A stretch of 64,000 bases of DNA from an uncultured Actinomycetes bacterium. Its GTDB lineage: Bacteria > Actinomycetota > Thermoleophilia > Gaiellales > JAICJC01. Position 1 is the stretch's first letter; the number at the start of each line of letters is the position of its first letter. A program made the position numbers and the translations under genes. The DNA is taken from positions 26,717-90,716 of the forward strand of contig CAVPQP010000010.1 in NCBI GenBank assembly GCA_963707585.1, written 5' to 3'. Below, in pieces: positions 1 through 9,375 of the stretch. The notes beneath the pieces were generated by a model. The model did no database searches, was not told where the DNA came from, and worked only from the letters and a program-made list of their open reading frames with translations.

Positions 1-2271
1 GCGAAGAAGCAGATCCCGGCGAAGGGCGCGCCGGCGGGCTGGGCGCTCTTCAACGCGAAAACGCACGACCTGGTGACGCGCGGCGGCATCCGCTCACGCA
101 TCGAGCCGCGCAAGAGCCAGGTGCTGAACGACATCCACCTGCGCACGCAGCCGAACGGGACGGTGTGGCTGGCCGTGCCGCACGGCGACGCGGCGGTGAG
201 CTGCGACGTCAAGAACGGCTGCCCGGACGCAAGCGGCGCCCATCCGGTCGTCTGGTACCTGTTCCACCTGCCCACGCGCGACAGCCAGATCGTGACCGGC
301 AACGAGATCTCGAGCGCGCAGGCCACCACCGATCAGAACGGCCAGCCGATCGTCTCGCTGCAGTACAAGAACGGCGGCGGCACCGACTTCCACAAGATCA
401 CCCGCATCATCGCCCAGCAGGGCCTCCAGGCGGGCAAGGCGCTGCCGAACGCGATCGTCGTCGACAACCAGCTCGTCGCGGCGCCGACGATCAACCCGCA
501 GCAGTTCCCGGACGGCATCGCCGCCGACTCGATCACGTCGCCGGGCAGCGAGATCACCGGCCTGACCACGGCGGACGCCAGCCGCATCGCCCTCGAGATC
601 CAGTCGGGCACGCTCCCCGTGAAGTTCTCGCCGTACTCGCAGCAGCTCGTGTCGGCGTCGCTCGGCAAGGACTCGCTCCGAAACGGCGTCATCGCCGGCA
701 TCGCCGGCCTGGCGTTCGTGATGATCTTCCTGCTGCTCTTCTACGGCTTCCTCGGCGTGATCGCCGACATCGCCCTCGTCATCTACGGCGTGCTGCTGGC
801 CGGGATCGTGTCGGCGCTGCCGGTGACGATGACCCTGCCGGGGATCGCGGGCACGATCCTGACGATCGGGGTCGCGGCCGACGCGAACATCGTCATCTTC
901 GAGCGCGTGAAGGAGGAGGTGCGCGCGGGCAAATCGATGCGCGCGGCGATCGCCACCGGCTACCGGCGCGGCTTCCACACGATCATCGACGCCAACGTCG
1001 TCACGCTGATCGCAGCCGGCGTGCTCTACGCCGCCGCCACGTCGAGCGTCAAGGGCTTCGCCCTGATGCTCCTGATCGGCGTCGTCACGTCGATCTTCAC
1101 GGCGGTCGTGTTCACCCGGGCGATGCTCGGCGTGCTCTCGGGCATGCAGTTCATGACCAGCCGGTGGGTGCTCGGCTCGGTCGGCACCGGCGACCGCTGG
1201 AAGGGGTTCGACTTCATCGGCCGCAAGCGGCTCTGGTTCGGCATCTCGGGTGTGATCCTGGTCGCGGGGGCGATCAGCCTGGCGACGACCGGGCTCAACC
1301 GCGGCATCGACTTCACCGGCGGCAGCAAGCTCACGTTCATCGTGCCGCAGCCGATCTCGGTCGGCGCCGCGACGGGTGCGGTCACGGGCGTCGGCATCAA
1401 CCAGCCGCAGGTGCAGGGCGTGACCTCGACCCGGTCGAGCCAGGGGTCGACCTACCGCCAGTTCCAGATCGAGTCGAAGTTCCTGTCGCAGTCGACCCAG
1501 GACCGGCTGCTGACCCAGCTACGGGCCAAGTTCGGGCAGCAGACGCGCTTCACCGACTCGCAGGAGGTGAGCTCCTCGTTCGGCCAGTCGGTGCTGGACT
1601 CGGCGTACCTGGCGGTCGTGTTCTCGCTGATCATCATCTTCATCTACGTGTCCTTCCGGTTCGAGTGGAAGTACGCGCTGCCGGTGATGATCGCCCTCGG
1701 GCACGACATCCTGCTCACGATCGGGATCTACTCGCTGTCGGGGCGGGTGGTCACAGCCGACACGGTCGCGGCCGTGCTGACCGTGCTCGGCTACTCGATG
1801 TACGACACGGTGATCGTGTTCGACCGCGTGCGCGAGAACATCCCGATCCTGCGTCGCTTCACGGCGAGCAAGATCGTGAACGAGTCGCTCGCCGAGACGA
1901 TCACCCGGTCGCTGAACACGTCGCTGGTCACGCTGATCCCGGTCGTGCTGCTGTTCGTGTTCGGCTCGGGATCGCTGAAGGACTTCGCCTTCGCGCTCGT
2001 CATCGGCATCGCCTCCGGCGCCTACTCGTCGATCTTCATCGCCGCGCCGCTGCTCGCGATGTTCCTCGAGCGCGAGCCCGGCTTCGTCAAGCGCCGCCAC
2101 GACCTCGAGCGCTCGGGCGACATCGAGCCGCCCCGGCAGCGCCGCCAGGCTGCGCCCGTGCCGACGGCCACGCCGGCCACCGACGGCCCGGCGCCGCCTT
2201 CAGGCGGCGCGCCGGCCACACCGGCGTCGTCGCGCCGCCGGCGCCGGCGCTCGCACGGCCGCTCGCGCTAG
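1..2271 (+). CDS. secDF: Protein translocase subunit SecDF (fused SecD-SecF), 5-prime partial at window edge
   Basis: Frame 1 is open from nt 1, with no stop before the listed start at 73. The N-terminal TM helix is missing, so the true start lies upstream. SecD-type block GIAGLAFVMIFLLLFYGFLG...TILTIGVAADANIVIFERVKEE. SecF-type block GIDFTGGSKLTF...LGYSMYDTVIVFDRVRENI. Confidence 0.9.
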   Translation, partial: AKKQIPAKGAPAGWALFNAKTHDLVTRGGIRSRIEPRKSQVLNDIHLRTQPNGTVWLAVPHGDAAVSCDVKNGCPDASGAHPVVWYLFHLPTRDSQIVTGNEISSAQATTDQNGQPIVSLQYKNGGGTDFHKITRIIAQQGLQAGKALPNAIVVDNQLVAAPTINPQQFPDGIAADSITSPGSEITGLTTADASRIALEIQSGTLPVKFSPYSQQLVSASLGKDSLRNGVIAGIAGLAFVMIFLLLFYGFLGVIADIALVIYGVLLAGIVSALPVTMTLPGIAGTILTIGVAADANIVIFERVKEEVRAGKSMRAAIATGYRRGFHTIIDANVVTLIAAGVLYAAATSSVKGFALMLLIGVVTSIFTAVVFTRAMLGVLSGMQFMTSRWVLGSVGTGDRWKGFDFIGRKRLWFGISGVILVAGAISLATTGLNRGIDFTGGSKLTFIVPQPISVGAATGAVTGVGINQPQVQGVTSTRSSQGSTYRQFQIESKFLSQSTQDRLLTQLRAKFGQQTRFTDSQEVSSSFGQSVLDSAYLAVVFSLIIIFIYVSFRFEWKYALPVMIALGHDILLTIGIYSLSGRVVTADTVAAVLTVLGYSMYDTVIVFDRVRENIPILRRFTASKIVNESLAETITRSLNTSLVTLIPVVLLFVFGSGSLKDFAFALVIGIASGAYSSIFIAAPLLAMFLEREPGFVKRRHDLERSGDIEPPRQRRQAAPVPTATPATDGPAPPSGGAPATPASSRRRRRRSHGRSR

Positions 2272-3559
2272 CCCGCGACCGCCTCGGCAGCCGTGACCAG
2301 CCGGCCGCCGCGGCCGCCGACCCACTCCAGCACGCGCTCGTAGACGCGGTCCCAGCCGCGCGCGTACTCGCGGCTGAAGCGGTCGGTGTGCCACAGGACG
2401 GCGACCGTGCCGCCCACGTCGGCCACGTGCTCGAGCAGCCCCAGGGTGCGCGTCGAGGCCGGCGGCCGGTGTGAGCCCCAGGTAGCGCTCCTCGGCCAGG
2501 GTCGCGTCCATGACCGCGAGCGGCAGCTCGACCAGGTCAAGCGGCCGGTCGCTGCGCCAGATCGTAGGGCCGGTACGGGAACGAGAAGCCGGCCCGCAGG
2601 CCGATCGCGTCGCCGTAGCCCTGGCTCGAGTCATAGGCGAAGCCGAGCCGATCGACCGCGGGCAGGGCCGAGTGGGCCTCGTGCCGCAGGTAGTGGAAGC
2701 GCATGCCGGCGACGGCGGCGCCGGTCAGCTGCTCCAGCCGCGCCCGCTCCTCGGCGATGCGGTCGGGCCGCTCCGAGGCCGTGTAGCTCGGGTGCAGGCC
2801 GACCTCGTCGCCCTGCGCCGCGATCTGGGCCACGATGGCCGGGCGCAGCCGGTCGTACGCCGCCGGATCGGGGCCGTCCGCCGCGACGTGGTGGCCGGCC
2901 ATGACGAAGTACGTCGAGCGGCCGCCGTGGCCGCGCTCGATGGCCGCGATGCGCTCGTACGACCAGTTCGGGTCGGTGCCGCGCAGGTGGCGCACGGGCG
3001 CCGCGGCCAGGCCGAGCACCTCGGCGGCGGCGGCACGCGGGTGCCGCGCGCGGGCCGCACCGCGGGCGCGGGCGGCGGCGCCCAGCACGGCCCGCGGCCG
3101 GCTCCAGCGCCAGGGGATGTCGACGTCGTGCGTGAGGGCCACGGTGAACGGTGTGCGGCCGGTGTCGCCGACGTGGGCGCGGAACTCGCGCAGCAGGGCG
3201 TCGACCGCCGGGCGCGCGGGATCGGCGAGCGCCGCGGCCGCCGGGAAGCGGCCGTGCTCGTCGCGCGCCGAGCCGGCCCGCTCCTCCCACCGCGACAGGT
3301 GCCAGAAGGCGCTCGCGACGAGATCGCTGCGGCCGTCGCCGAAGTCGAGCATGCCGGCGTCGCCGAGCCGGGGCGGGGTGTGCTCGCCCGCCTCGAAGTA
3401 GCGCCACGCCTGCTCCGAGGCCTGAAGGCCGCCGCCACCGCCGTAGCGCACCGCCTCGGCCGCCGGGGCCGCGCAGGCGCCGAGCAGCGTCTCCAGGGTG
3501 TAGCGCGCCTTGCCGGCGAAGCTCTCGGGGGCGTCGACCTCGAGGCGGGGGCCGCTCAC
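2268..3559 (-). pseudogene. Polysaccharide-deacetylase-like gene interrupted by two +1 frameshifts
   Basis: GTG start at 3559 overlaps the upstream stop (GTGA). The coherent protein (TYFVMAGHH...GLHPSYTASERPDRIAEERARLEQLTG...FHYLRHE...FSFPYRPYDL) stops at 2537. It continues in a second frame (DRPLDLVELPLAVMDATLAEERYLGL, listed ORF 2200..2634). It then continues in a third frame (RTLGLLEHVADVGGTVAVLWHTDRFSREYARGW...AAEAVAG, listed ORF 2268..2540). Junction windows are about 2537-2565 and 2436-2460. Confidence 0.6.
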
Positions 3560-5176
3560 TCGTAGCCGAGGTCGCGCAGCCGCTCCAGGATGCCGGCCTC
3601 CTCCTCGGCGCTGTAGACGCCTTCCTCGCTGCCCGCCTGCCCCTGTGCTGCCACCTGCACCGCGTCGCCGGCGGCGGCCAGGATGGCGTCGATCGGCTCG
3701 CCGTCGAGGCCCTCGGCCGCGATCCCGTGCAGGCGCAGGATCGTCGCCGCCATCTGCACGATGCCGGTTCCCGCGGGAACGACGCCGGGGCGGATGCCCG
3801 GCCCGGCCGCGGCCAGGATGCCGTCGACGCCGTGGTGGCCCGAGTAGCCGTAGGAGTGCTCCGGGTCGAGGTGGTCGTGCACCTCGATCGCCGCGACGCC
3901 GCGCAGGCGCAGCGAGTCGACGTGGACGCGCTCGTCGATCGTGAGCACGATCAGGTCGGGGGCGCGGTCGACGTAGGGGCCGTGGTAGATGTCGGCCTTG
4001 CGCAGCACGTGCAGCAAGCGGCTCGCCCGTCTCGGGGTGGCGCTCGGCCTCGAGCTCGGTCGCGAGCCGCTCGGCGTAGGCCGCGTCGGCCGCGGCGCCG
4101 GACGACTCGCCCAGGTACACCTGGCCGCCGGTCGCAAACGAGTACGCCCGGGTGCGGGGGAAGTCGATGTCGGCGAAAGCCCGGTCGGCGGCGACGGAGG
4201 GGACGAAGGGCAGGGAGTCCAGGAGGCGGGTGTAGCGGCCCGACGTGCGTGCCAGGCGCTGATCCACTCCGGCGAGCGACCGCAGCCGGGTGCCCTTCAG
4301 GCGCTGGAGCGAACGCTTCCGGTAGCGCAGGTGCCCGTGCTCCTCGAGCCAGCGGTTGAGGTGGAACACCCAGTACATCGGCTTCATGCCGTGGTCGGAC
4401 ATCATGAGCACCGTCGGCTCCTCCGCGAAGCGCTCCCTGGCAGCGGCGATCAGGCGGCCGCACGCCGCGTCCACCGCCTCGTAGACCTGCACGAGCTCGT
4501 CGCCCGCCGCCTCGGGATCGTGGGCCGGGTGCTGCGGATCGAGGCGCGCGTAGCCGAGGTGCCCGGCGAAGTCGGTGCTCATGAAGTCGACCACGAGCAC
4601 GCCCAGATCCGGCTCGAGCTCGAAGCACTGCTCGCACACCGACTCGACCTGGGCGACGTGCTCGATCAGGAGCCGCGCGTAGCGGTCGAAGTCCTCCCAG
4701 TAGCGCTCCCGCATCGGGTGGTGGGCGGTGACGAGGCCGGGGTGGACGGCGCGGATCTGCTCGCCCGCCGCCGCCGGCGTGATCTGGGGCGTGGCCGGCC
4801 CGCCGTAGCCCGAGACGATGATCCCCTCCATCTCCTCGGCCGGATAGGTGAACGGCACGGTCACGAACGCCGAGCGAATCCCGGCGGCGCCGAGCGTGCG
4901 CCAGAGCGGCGTCCCCGAGCGGCTGCGGGCGCTCTCGACCCGCGACGGCGCCCGGTTGGCGTTCGTGGAGAAGTTGAAGATGCCGTGCCGGGCCGGGTTG
5001 AGGCCCGTCAGGAAGGTCGACCACGCCGTCGGGGTCGCGGCGGGGAGGGTCGAGCGCAGCGGGCCGTAGGCGCCGGCCTGAATGACGCCCGCCAGGGTCG
5101 GCAGCCGCCCCTGCTCGAGCAGCTCGCCGACGAGGCCGTGGTCGGCGCCGTCCATGCCCAGGCAGAGCACCCTCAT
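3556..5176 (-). pseudogene. Type I phosphodiesterase/nucleotide pyrophosphatase family (alkaline-phosphatase superfamily) gene with one +1 frameshift
   Basis: N-terminal 385 aa come from listed ORF 2537..5176 (VLCLGMDGADH...AATPTAWSTFLTGLNPARHGIF...LMMSDHGMK...ERHPETGEPL). The C-terminal part comes from listed ORF 3556..4137 (LLHVLRKADIYHGPYVDRAPDLIVL...YSGHHGVDGIL...ILERLRDLGYE). The frames switch inside gagccgcttgctgcacgtg (minus strand, about 4006-4024). The ATG at 5176 overlaps the upstream stop (ATGA). Confidence 0.65.
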
Positions 5177-6303
5177 GCGCGGGCGAGCATGTCGCGGTAG
5201 AGGTCGACCAGCGCCGGCCCCGGCGGCGGCAGCCGCTCATGCGTCACGCGCGCGTTGCGCTCGCCGTAGCGGGCGCGCAGCTCGGGGTCGCGGATCAGCC
5301 GAAGCAGGGCCGCGGTGACGGCGTCCTCGTCGCGGCAGTCGACCAGCTCGCCGCCCTCGCCCTGCGTGATCCACTCGTCGATCGTGATGGCGTCGCCCAT
5401 CACCATCGGCAGGCCGGATGCCATCGACTCGATCATCGAGGCGGGGGTGGCGTCGGTGGAGGCGATCGAGACGCCGATGTCGGCCGACGCGCACAGCTCG
5501 GGCAGCTCGTCCGGCGGCGCGAAGTGCTGGGCGACGCGGTCGCCCAGCTCGAGCTCGGCCAGCAGCGCCTCGATCTCGGCCTGGATCCAGCCGCCGCGCG
5601 CGGCCATGATCAGCCGCGCCCGCGGCTCCTCCCGGGAGACGCGCGCGAAGGCCCGCAGCAGCACGTCCAGGTTGGTGTTCGGGCGGTAGTTGCGCAGCGA
5701 CAGGATCACCATCGAGTCGTCCGGCCAGCCGAACCGGGCCGCCAGCCCGGGGACGCGGTGCTCGGGCCCGAACGGGCGCAGGTCGACGTACCAGACGATC
5801 CTGTGCACCCGCTCGGCAGCGGCCCCGAGCCGGACCGTCTCGTCGGCGTTGCCGATCGAGCTCACGACGTATTCGTCCCCCGCCGCGACGGCGGCCCGCA
5901 CCCACCTGCGTCCGCGTGGCCGCTCGCGGCCGTACGTGAAGATGTCGGTGTTCCAGGGGCTCATGACGAGCGGGTGCACGCCGGCCTCGGCGGCCCAGTA
6001 GCCGTAGGGGAGCAGGTAGTGGGCATGGACGACGTCGACGTCGAGCTTGCGGGCAAGGTTGCGGATCGCCGGGGCAAAGCGCATGCGCCGCACGCCCTTG
6101 ATGCGGGTGCCCAGCTCGAGCTCCTGGATGCGGTGGGCGGTGATGCCGTCGAGCTCGCCCGGACGCTGGCTCAGGCGGTCGGACACGATGTGGACGTCGT
6201 GGCCGAGCTCGGCCACGCGCCATGCCCAGCGCAGGAAGATCACCGAGACGCCGTCGCCGACGCCGAGCACGCGCAGGGGCCGGCCGCCGTTTCCGTCAGC
6301 CAC
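5173..6303 (-). CDS. Glycosyltransferase family 4 (GT-B fold)
   Basis: About 377 aa from GTG 6303, which overlaps the upstream ATP-grasp stop by 8 nt (GTGGCTGA). N-terminal RVLGVGDG...ELGHDVHIVS. C-terminal donor-binding-like region ADIGVSIASTDATPASMIESMASGLPMV. The part of the listed ORF upstream of 6303 is Arg/Pro-rich and overlaps the neighbouring gene. Confidence 0.8.
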   Translation of the reverse strand: MADGNGGRPLRVLGVGDGVSVIFLRWAWRVAELGHDVHIVSDRLSQRPGELDGITAHRIQELELGTRIKGVRRMRFAPAIRNLARKLDVDVVHAHYLLPYGYWAAEAGVHPLVMSPWNTDIFTYGRERPRGRRWVRAAVAAGDEYVVSSIGNADETVRLGAAAERVHRIVWYVDLRPFGPEHRVPGLAARFGWPDDSMVILSLRNYRPNTNLDVLLRAFARVSREEPRARLIMAARGGWIQAEIEALLAELELGDRVAQHFAPPDELPELCASADIGVSIASTDATPASMIESMASGLPMVMGDAITIDEWITQGEGGELVDCRDEDAVTAALLRLIRDPELRARYGERNARVTHERLPPPGPALVDLYRDMLARA

Positions 6304-7480
6304 GCGCGACGCTCCTGGCGGCGGCGCGGGCGGCCGCCGCACCCCGGCGGGCGCGGTACATGCGCCCGCGGGCGACCCGGCCGATCTGCACGAACGCCGG
6401 CCGGGGGTCGTCGCGGGCGAGCAGCGCATCCGTGTACGGCGGCCGCTGCAATGCGTGGCGCGAGCCGTTCATGAACGAGATCGCCCACCGGCGGCCCTCG
6501 TTCGTCATCCGCCGCGGCTGCGGCCGGCGGCCGACGAGATCGAGGTAGGCGATGTGGGTCAGGTCGACCCCGCACGCCGTGGCGAGGCCGTGCCACTGCC
6601 ACAGCCGCGGGTTCACCTCGATCAGCTTGTGGGCGCCGGTGCGCGGGTCGCGCTTGAACTCGACCTGCGAGATGCCGTGGAATCCGAGCGCGCGCAGCAG
6701 GCGCAGGCCGTGCTCGGCCACCTCGGGCACCCACACCGCCTCCGCCACGCGGCAGACGCCCATGTGCTCGCGCGTCTGGCGCAGCTTGCGGCCGGTGAAG
6801 ACTCCCAGCGCCTCGCCGTCGGCGGCCACGTAGCTGCCCAGGGTGTAGAGGCCCTCGTCGCCGCCGGGGACGTACTCCTGCACCATCGGCTCGAACGGCT
6901 CGGTCTGGGCGTAGGCGCTCTCGAGCTCGGAGTCGGTCTGGCAGCGGAAGGCCTGGCGGTTGTGGAGCCGCTTGAAGCCGATCGGGTCGGACGGCTTCAC
7001 CATCACCGGGTAGCCGAGCTCGCGCGCGGCGGCGAGCGCCTCGCCGGCGGCGGCCGGGTGGCGGGTCTCGGGCACGGGCACGCCGCAGGCGATCGCGGTC
7101 TCGAGCTGGTGGCGCTTGCTCTGGATCCGCTCGAGCACCTCCCACGCGGGCGAGCACAGCCGATAGGCGTCGCCGAGCTCGTCCGCCCGGCGGGCGAGCA
7201 CGTTCACGTGCTCGTCGTGGGTGGCGAAGGCGGGCACCGGCGCGGTCAGCGTCTCGCCGAGGCGGGCGAGCGCGGCGACGAAGCCGTCCTCGTCGACGCC
7301 GGGATCCGGCACGACGACCGGCGTCGCGTAGCGGGAGCGGAACCCGAGCGCCCACGGGCGATGGTCGACCGCGAGCGCGCGCACGCCGTGGCGGCCGAGC
7401 GAGCGGATCGCGGCGAGGCCGTTCACCCAGCCGACGTCGGCGACGACGGCGGTGGGTGCGGGTGGGCGGGAATCGGGCAT
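6296..7480 (-). CDS. ATP-grasp domain protein (COG3919-like carboxylate-amine ligase)
   Basis: 394 aa. Motifs LGYPVMVKPSD, MVQEYVPGGDE and GISQVEFKRDPRTGAHKLIEVNPRLW are typical ATP-grasp nucleotide- and Mg-binding elements. Confidence 0.8.
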   Translation of the reverse strand: MPDSRPPAPTAVVADVGWVNGLAAIRSLGRHGVRALAVDHRPWALGFRSRYATPVVVPDPGVDEDGFVAALARLGETLTAPVPAFATHDEHVNVLARRADELGDAYRLCSPAWEVLERIQSKRHQLETAIACGVPVPETRHPAAAGEALAAARELGYPVMVKPSDPIGFKRLHNRQAFRCQTDSELESAYAQTEPFEPMVQEYVPGGDEGLYTLGSYVAADGEALGVFTGRKLRQTREHMGVCRVAEAVWVPEVAEHGLRLLRALGFHGISQVEFKRDPRTGAHKLIEVNPRLWQWHGLATACGVDLTHIAYLDLVGRRPQPRRMTNEGRRWAISFMNGSRHALQRPPYTDALLARDDPRPAFVQIGRVARGRMYRARRGAAAARAAARSVARG

Positions 7481-7526
7481 GGGCGCGGCGATTCTATCCG
7501 CCGCCCCTCGCCCGCCCGGCCGCTAC

Positions 7527-8540
7527 TCAGTCGAATTCGACCTGGTCGAAGTAGCGGATGGCGCGCCGCCCGATCGGTACCTGCGGCCGCAGCCGGCGCA
7601 GCTCGCCGGGGTCGGTCGTGCCGAGCGCGAGGCCGACGGCGAGCGCCGGGGGGTTGATCTCGGGCGTGTAGACGATGGTCGATACGCGCGGGTTGATCTC
7701 CATCAGCTTGCCGCCCTTGAACTGCACCGAGAGGAAGTAGTCCATCCCGAGCTCCGCGGCCAGGCGGGCCGAGTACTCCTCCTCGCGCGGGCGCTCGATC
7801 AGCGTGAAGTCCATCGCCAGGCCGGCGCGCAGGGCCTCGCGGGTGCGCGTCATCGGCAGCAGCAGCTCGCCGCCGAGGCAGATGGCGTCGACCGTCTCCT
7901 CCGGCCCGTCCAGGTACTCCTGGACGATGTAGGCCGGGAACGGGCCGTCTCCCAGAAGGGCGAGCACATCCTCGAGCCGCTCCGGCGCCGCCTCGCCGGG
8001 CCGTGACTCGAGCAGCCACCGGCGGCGGTCGGCCGTCGGGTCGAGGATGCGGAAGCCGCGCGAGCCCTTCGCCTGCGTCGGCTTCATCACCACCCTGCGG
8101 CCCGGGTAGCCGAGCGCGCGCACGGCGGCGGCGAACGCGTCCGGGTCGGCCACCTCGATCGTCTCGGGGTGGGGGACGCCGGCAGCCGCGGCCAGCCGGA
8201 ACGTGTCGGCCTTGTCGGAGGCGGCCTGCACCCCCGCGGCCGGGCCGGCGAGGACGGGCAGCCCGAAGCTGTCGCGCGCCCGCGCCCAGGCCGGGATCTC
8301 GGCGGACGAGGTGGGGAAGACCACGTGGGCGCCGAGGTCCGCGGCGGCGGCCTGCATGGCGGGGATGAAGTCCGGATCGTCGCCGCGGGGGACGACGGCG
8401 AAGCGATCGCACAGCCGCGACCCGGCGGAGCGGGGGTTGGCGTCGCTGCCGACCACGCCGTGGCCGGCCTCGCGCAGCGCCCGGATCAGGCGCGGGCAGC
8501 CGGGCGCGCCGGCGGCCGTGACGAGGACGGTCGTCTCCAC
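7527..8540 (-). CDS. ATP-grasp domain protein (carbamoyl-phosphate-synthase-like ligase)
   Basis: 337 aa with GTG start. Motifs LGYPGRRVVMKPTQAKGSRGFRIL, IVQEYLDGPEETVD and FLSVQFKGGKLMEINPRVS. Confidence 0.8.
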   Translation of the reverse strand: METTVLVTAAGAPGCPRLIRALREAGHGVVGSDANPRSAGSRLCDRFAVVPRGDDPDFIPAMQAAAADLGAHVVFPTSSAEIPAWARARDSFGLPVLAGPAAGVQAASDKADTFRLAAAAGVPHPETIEVADPDAFAAAVRALGYPGRRVVMKPTQAKGSRGFRILDPTADRRRWLLESRPGEAAPERLEDVLALLGDGPFPAYIVQEYLDGPEETVDAICLGGELLLPMTRTREALRAGLAMDFTLIERPREEEYSARLAAELGMDYFLSVQFKGGKLMEINPRVSTIVYTPEINPPALAVGLALGTTDPGELRRLRPQVPIGRRAIRYFDQVEFD

Positions 8541-8581
8541 GAGCGTGAGTCTGGCACACGCTCACGCGCTAAGGTGCCGCG

Positions 8582-9370
8582 ATGCCTGCGACCCAGACGC
8601 CGGACGGCCTCGCCGGAGAGGCCCGCCTCGCCACCCAGAAGGTGCTCCAGCGCGCCTTCGGGACGATCGAGCCGATCGTGCCCGTCCCCGTGAAGCGCCG
8701 CGTCCGCAAGGCGCTGCCGCGGTCGGTGCGCAAGTACGTCGACCCGGGCTGGCATCGCCGCGGCATCGGCGGGATGTGGAACCAGCTCGGCGAGCTCCAG
8801 TTCCGGTATCTGGTCGATCACGGCCTCGAGCCGCAGCACTACCTGCTCGACGTCGGCTGCGGGCCGCTGCGGGGCGGCTGGCGCTTCATCGAGTACCTCG
8901 AGACCGGCCGCTACTACGGCATCGACCGCCGCTACGACCTGATCGAGGCCGGGCGCGACTTCGACCTGCGCCCGCGCGGCCTGCTGGCCAAGCAGCCGGT
9001 GCTGCGCGAGCTGCACCACTTCGAGTTCGACACGCTGCACCGCCAGTTCGACTACGCGCTCGCCCAGTCGGTGTTCACGCATCTCAGCATCAACGAGATC
9101 ATGCGCTGCCTCGTCGAGATGGACCGCGCGCTCGCGCCGGGCGGCAAGTTCTTCGCCACGTTCTACGAGAACGACCGCGGGCCGCGGGTGATCGCAGACC
9201 TCGAGCAGAAGCCGGGGCTGCCGACCCACCTCGACCGCGACTTCTTCCACTATCACCGCAGCACCTTCGAGTGGCTGTGCGAAGGCACGGGGCTGCAGGT
9301 CGAGTACCTGGGCGGGTGGAACAACCCCCGCAACCAGAAGATGCTCGTCTTCACCCACAAGGACCAGTAG
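8582..9370 (+). CDS. Class I SAM-dependent methyltransferase
   Basis: 262 aa. Motif I YLLDVGCGPLRGG. Post-I region YYGIDRR. Later LAPGGKFFATF. Confidence 0.8.
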   Translation: MPATQTPDGLAGEARLATQKVLQRAFGTIEPIVPVPVKRRVRKALPRSVRKYVDPGWHRRGIGGMWNQLGELQFRYLVDHGLEPQHYLLDVGCGPLRGGWRFIEYLETGRYYGIDRRYDLIEAGRDFDLRPRGLLAKQPVLRELHHFEFDTLHRQFDYALAQSVFTHLSINEIMRCLVEMDRALAPGGKFFATFYENDRGPRVIADLEQKPGLPTHLDRDFFHYHRSTFEWLCEGTGLQVEYLGGWNNPRNQKMLVFTHKDQ

Positions 9371-9375
9371 CCCGC

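Noticed and set aside
2268-2271. Convergent secDF and deacetylase-like genes sharing the palindrome CTAG as both stop codons.
   Set aside because: It is real in the sequence, but it is most simply a coincidence of compact packing. No hairpin or other signal is associated with it.
2537-5176. 879-aa ORF read as a single phosphodiesterase-deacetylase fusion protein.
   Set aside because: Residues encoded between about 3560 and 4015 are Arg/Pro/Gly junk. The genuine C-terminus of the phosphodiesterase is in another frame (listed ORF 3556..4137). The deacetylase-like part has its own GTG at 3559 that overlaps that gene's stop.
6296-8540. The twin ATP-grasp genes as a graspetide/microviridin-type RiPP locus.
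   Set aside because: No small precursor-peptide ORF is present; the only spacer, 7481-7526, is 46 nt. There is no GNAT or ABC exporter partner. The context (GT4, deacetylase-like gene, AlkP-type enzymes) points to glycan modification.
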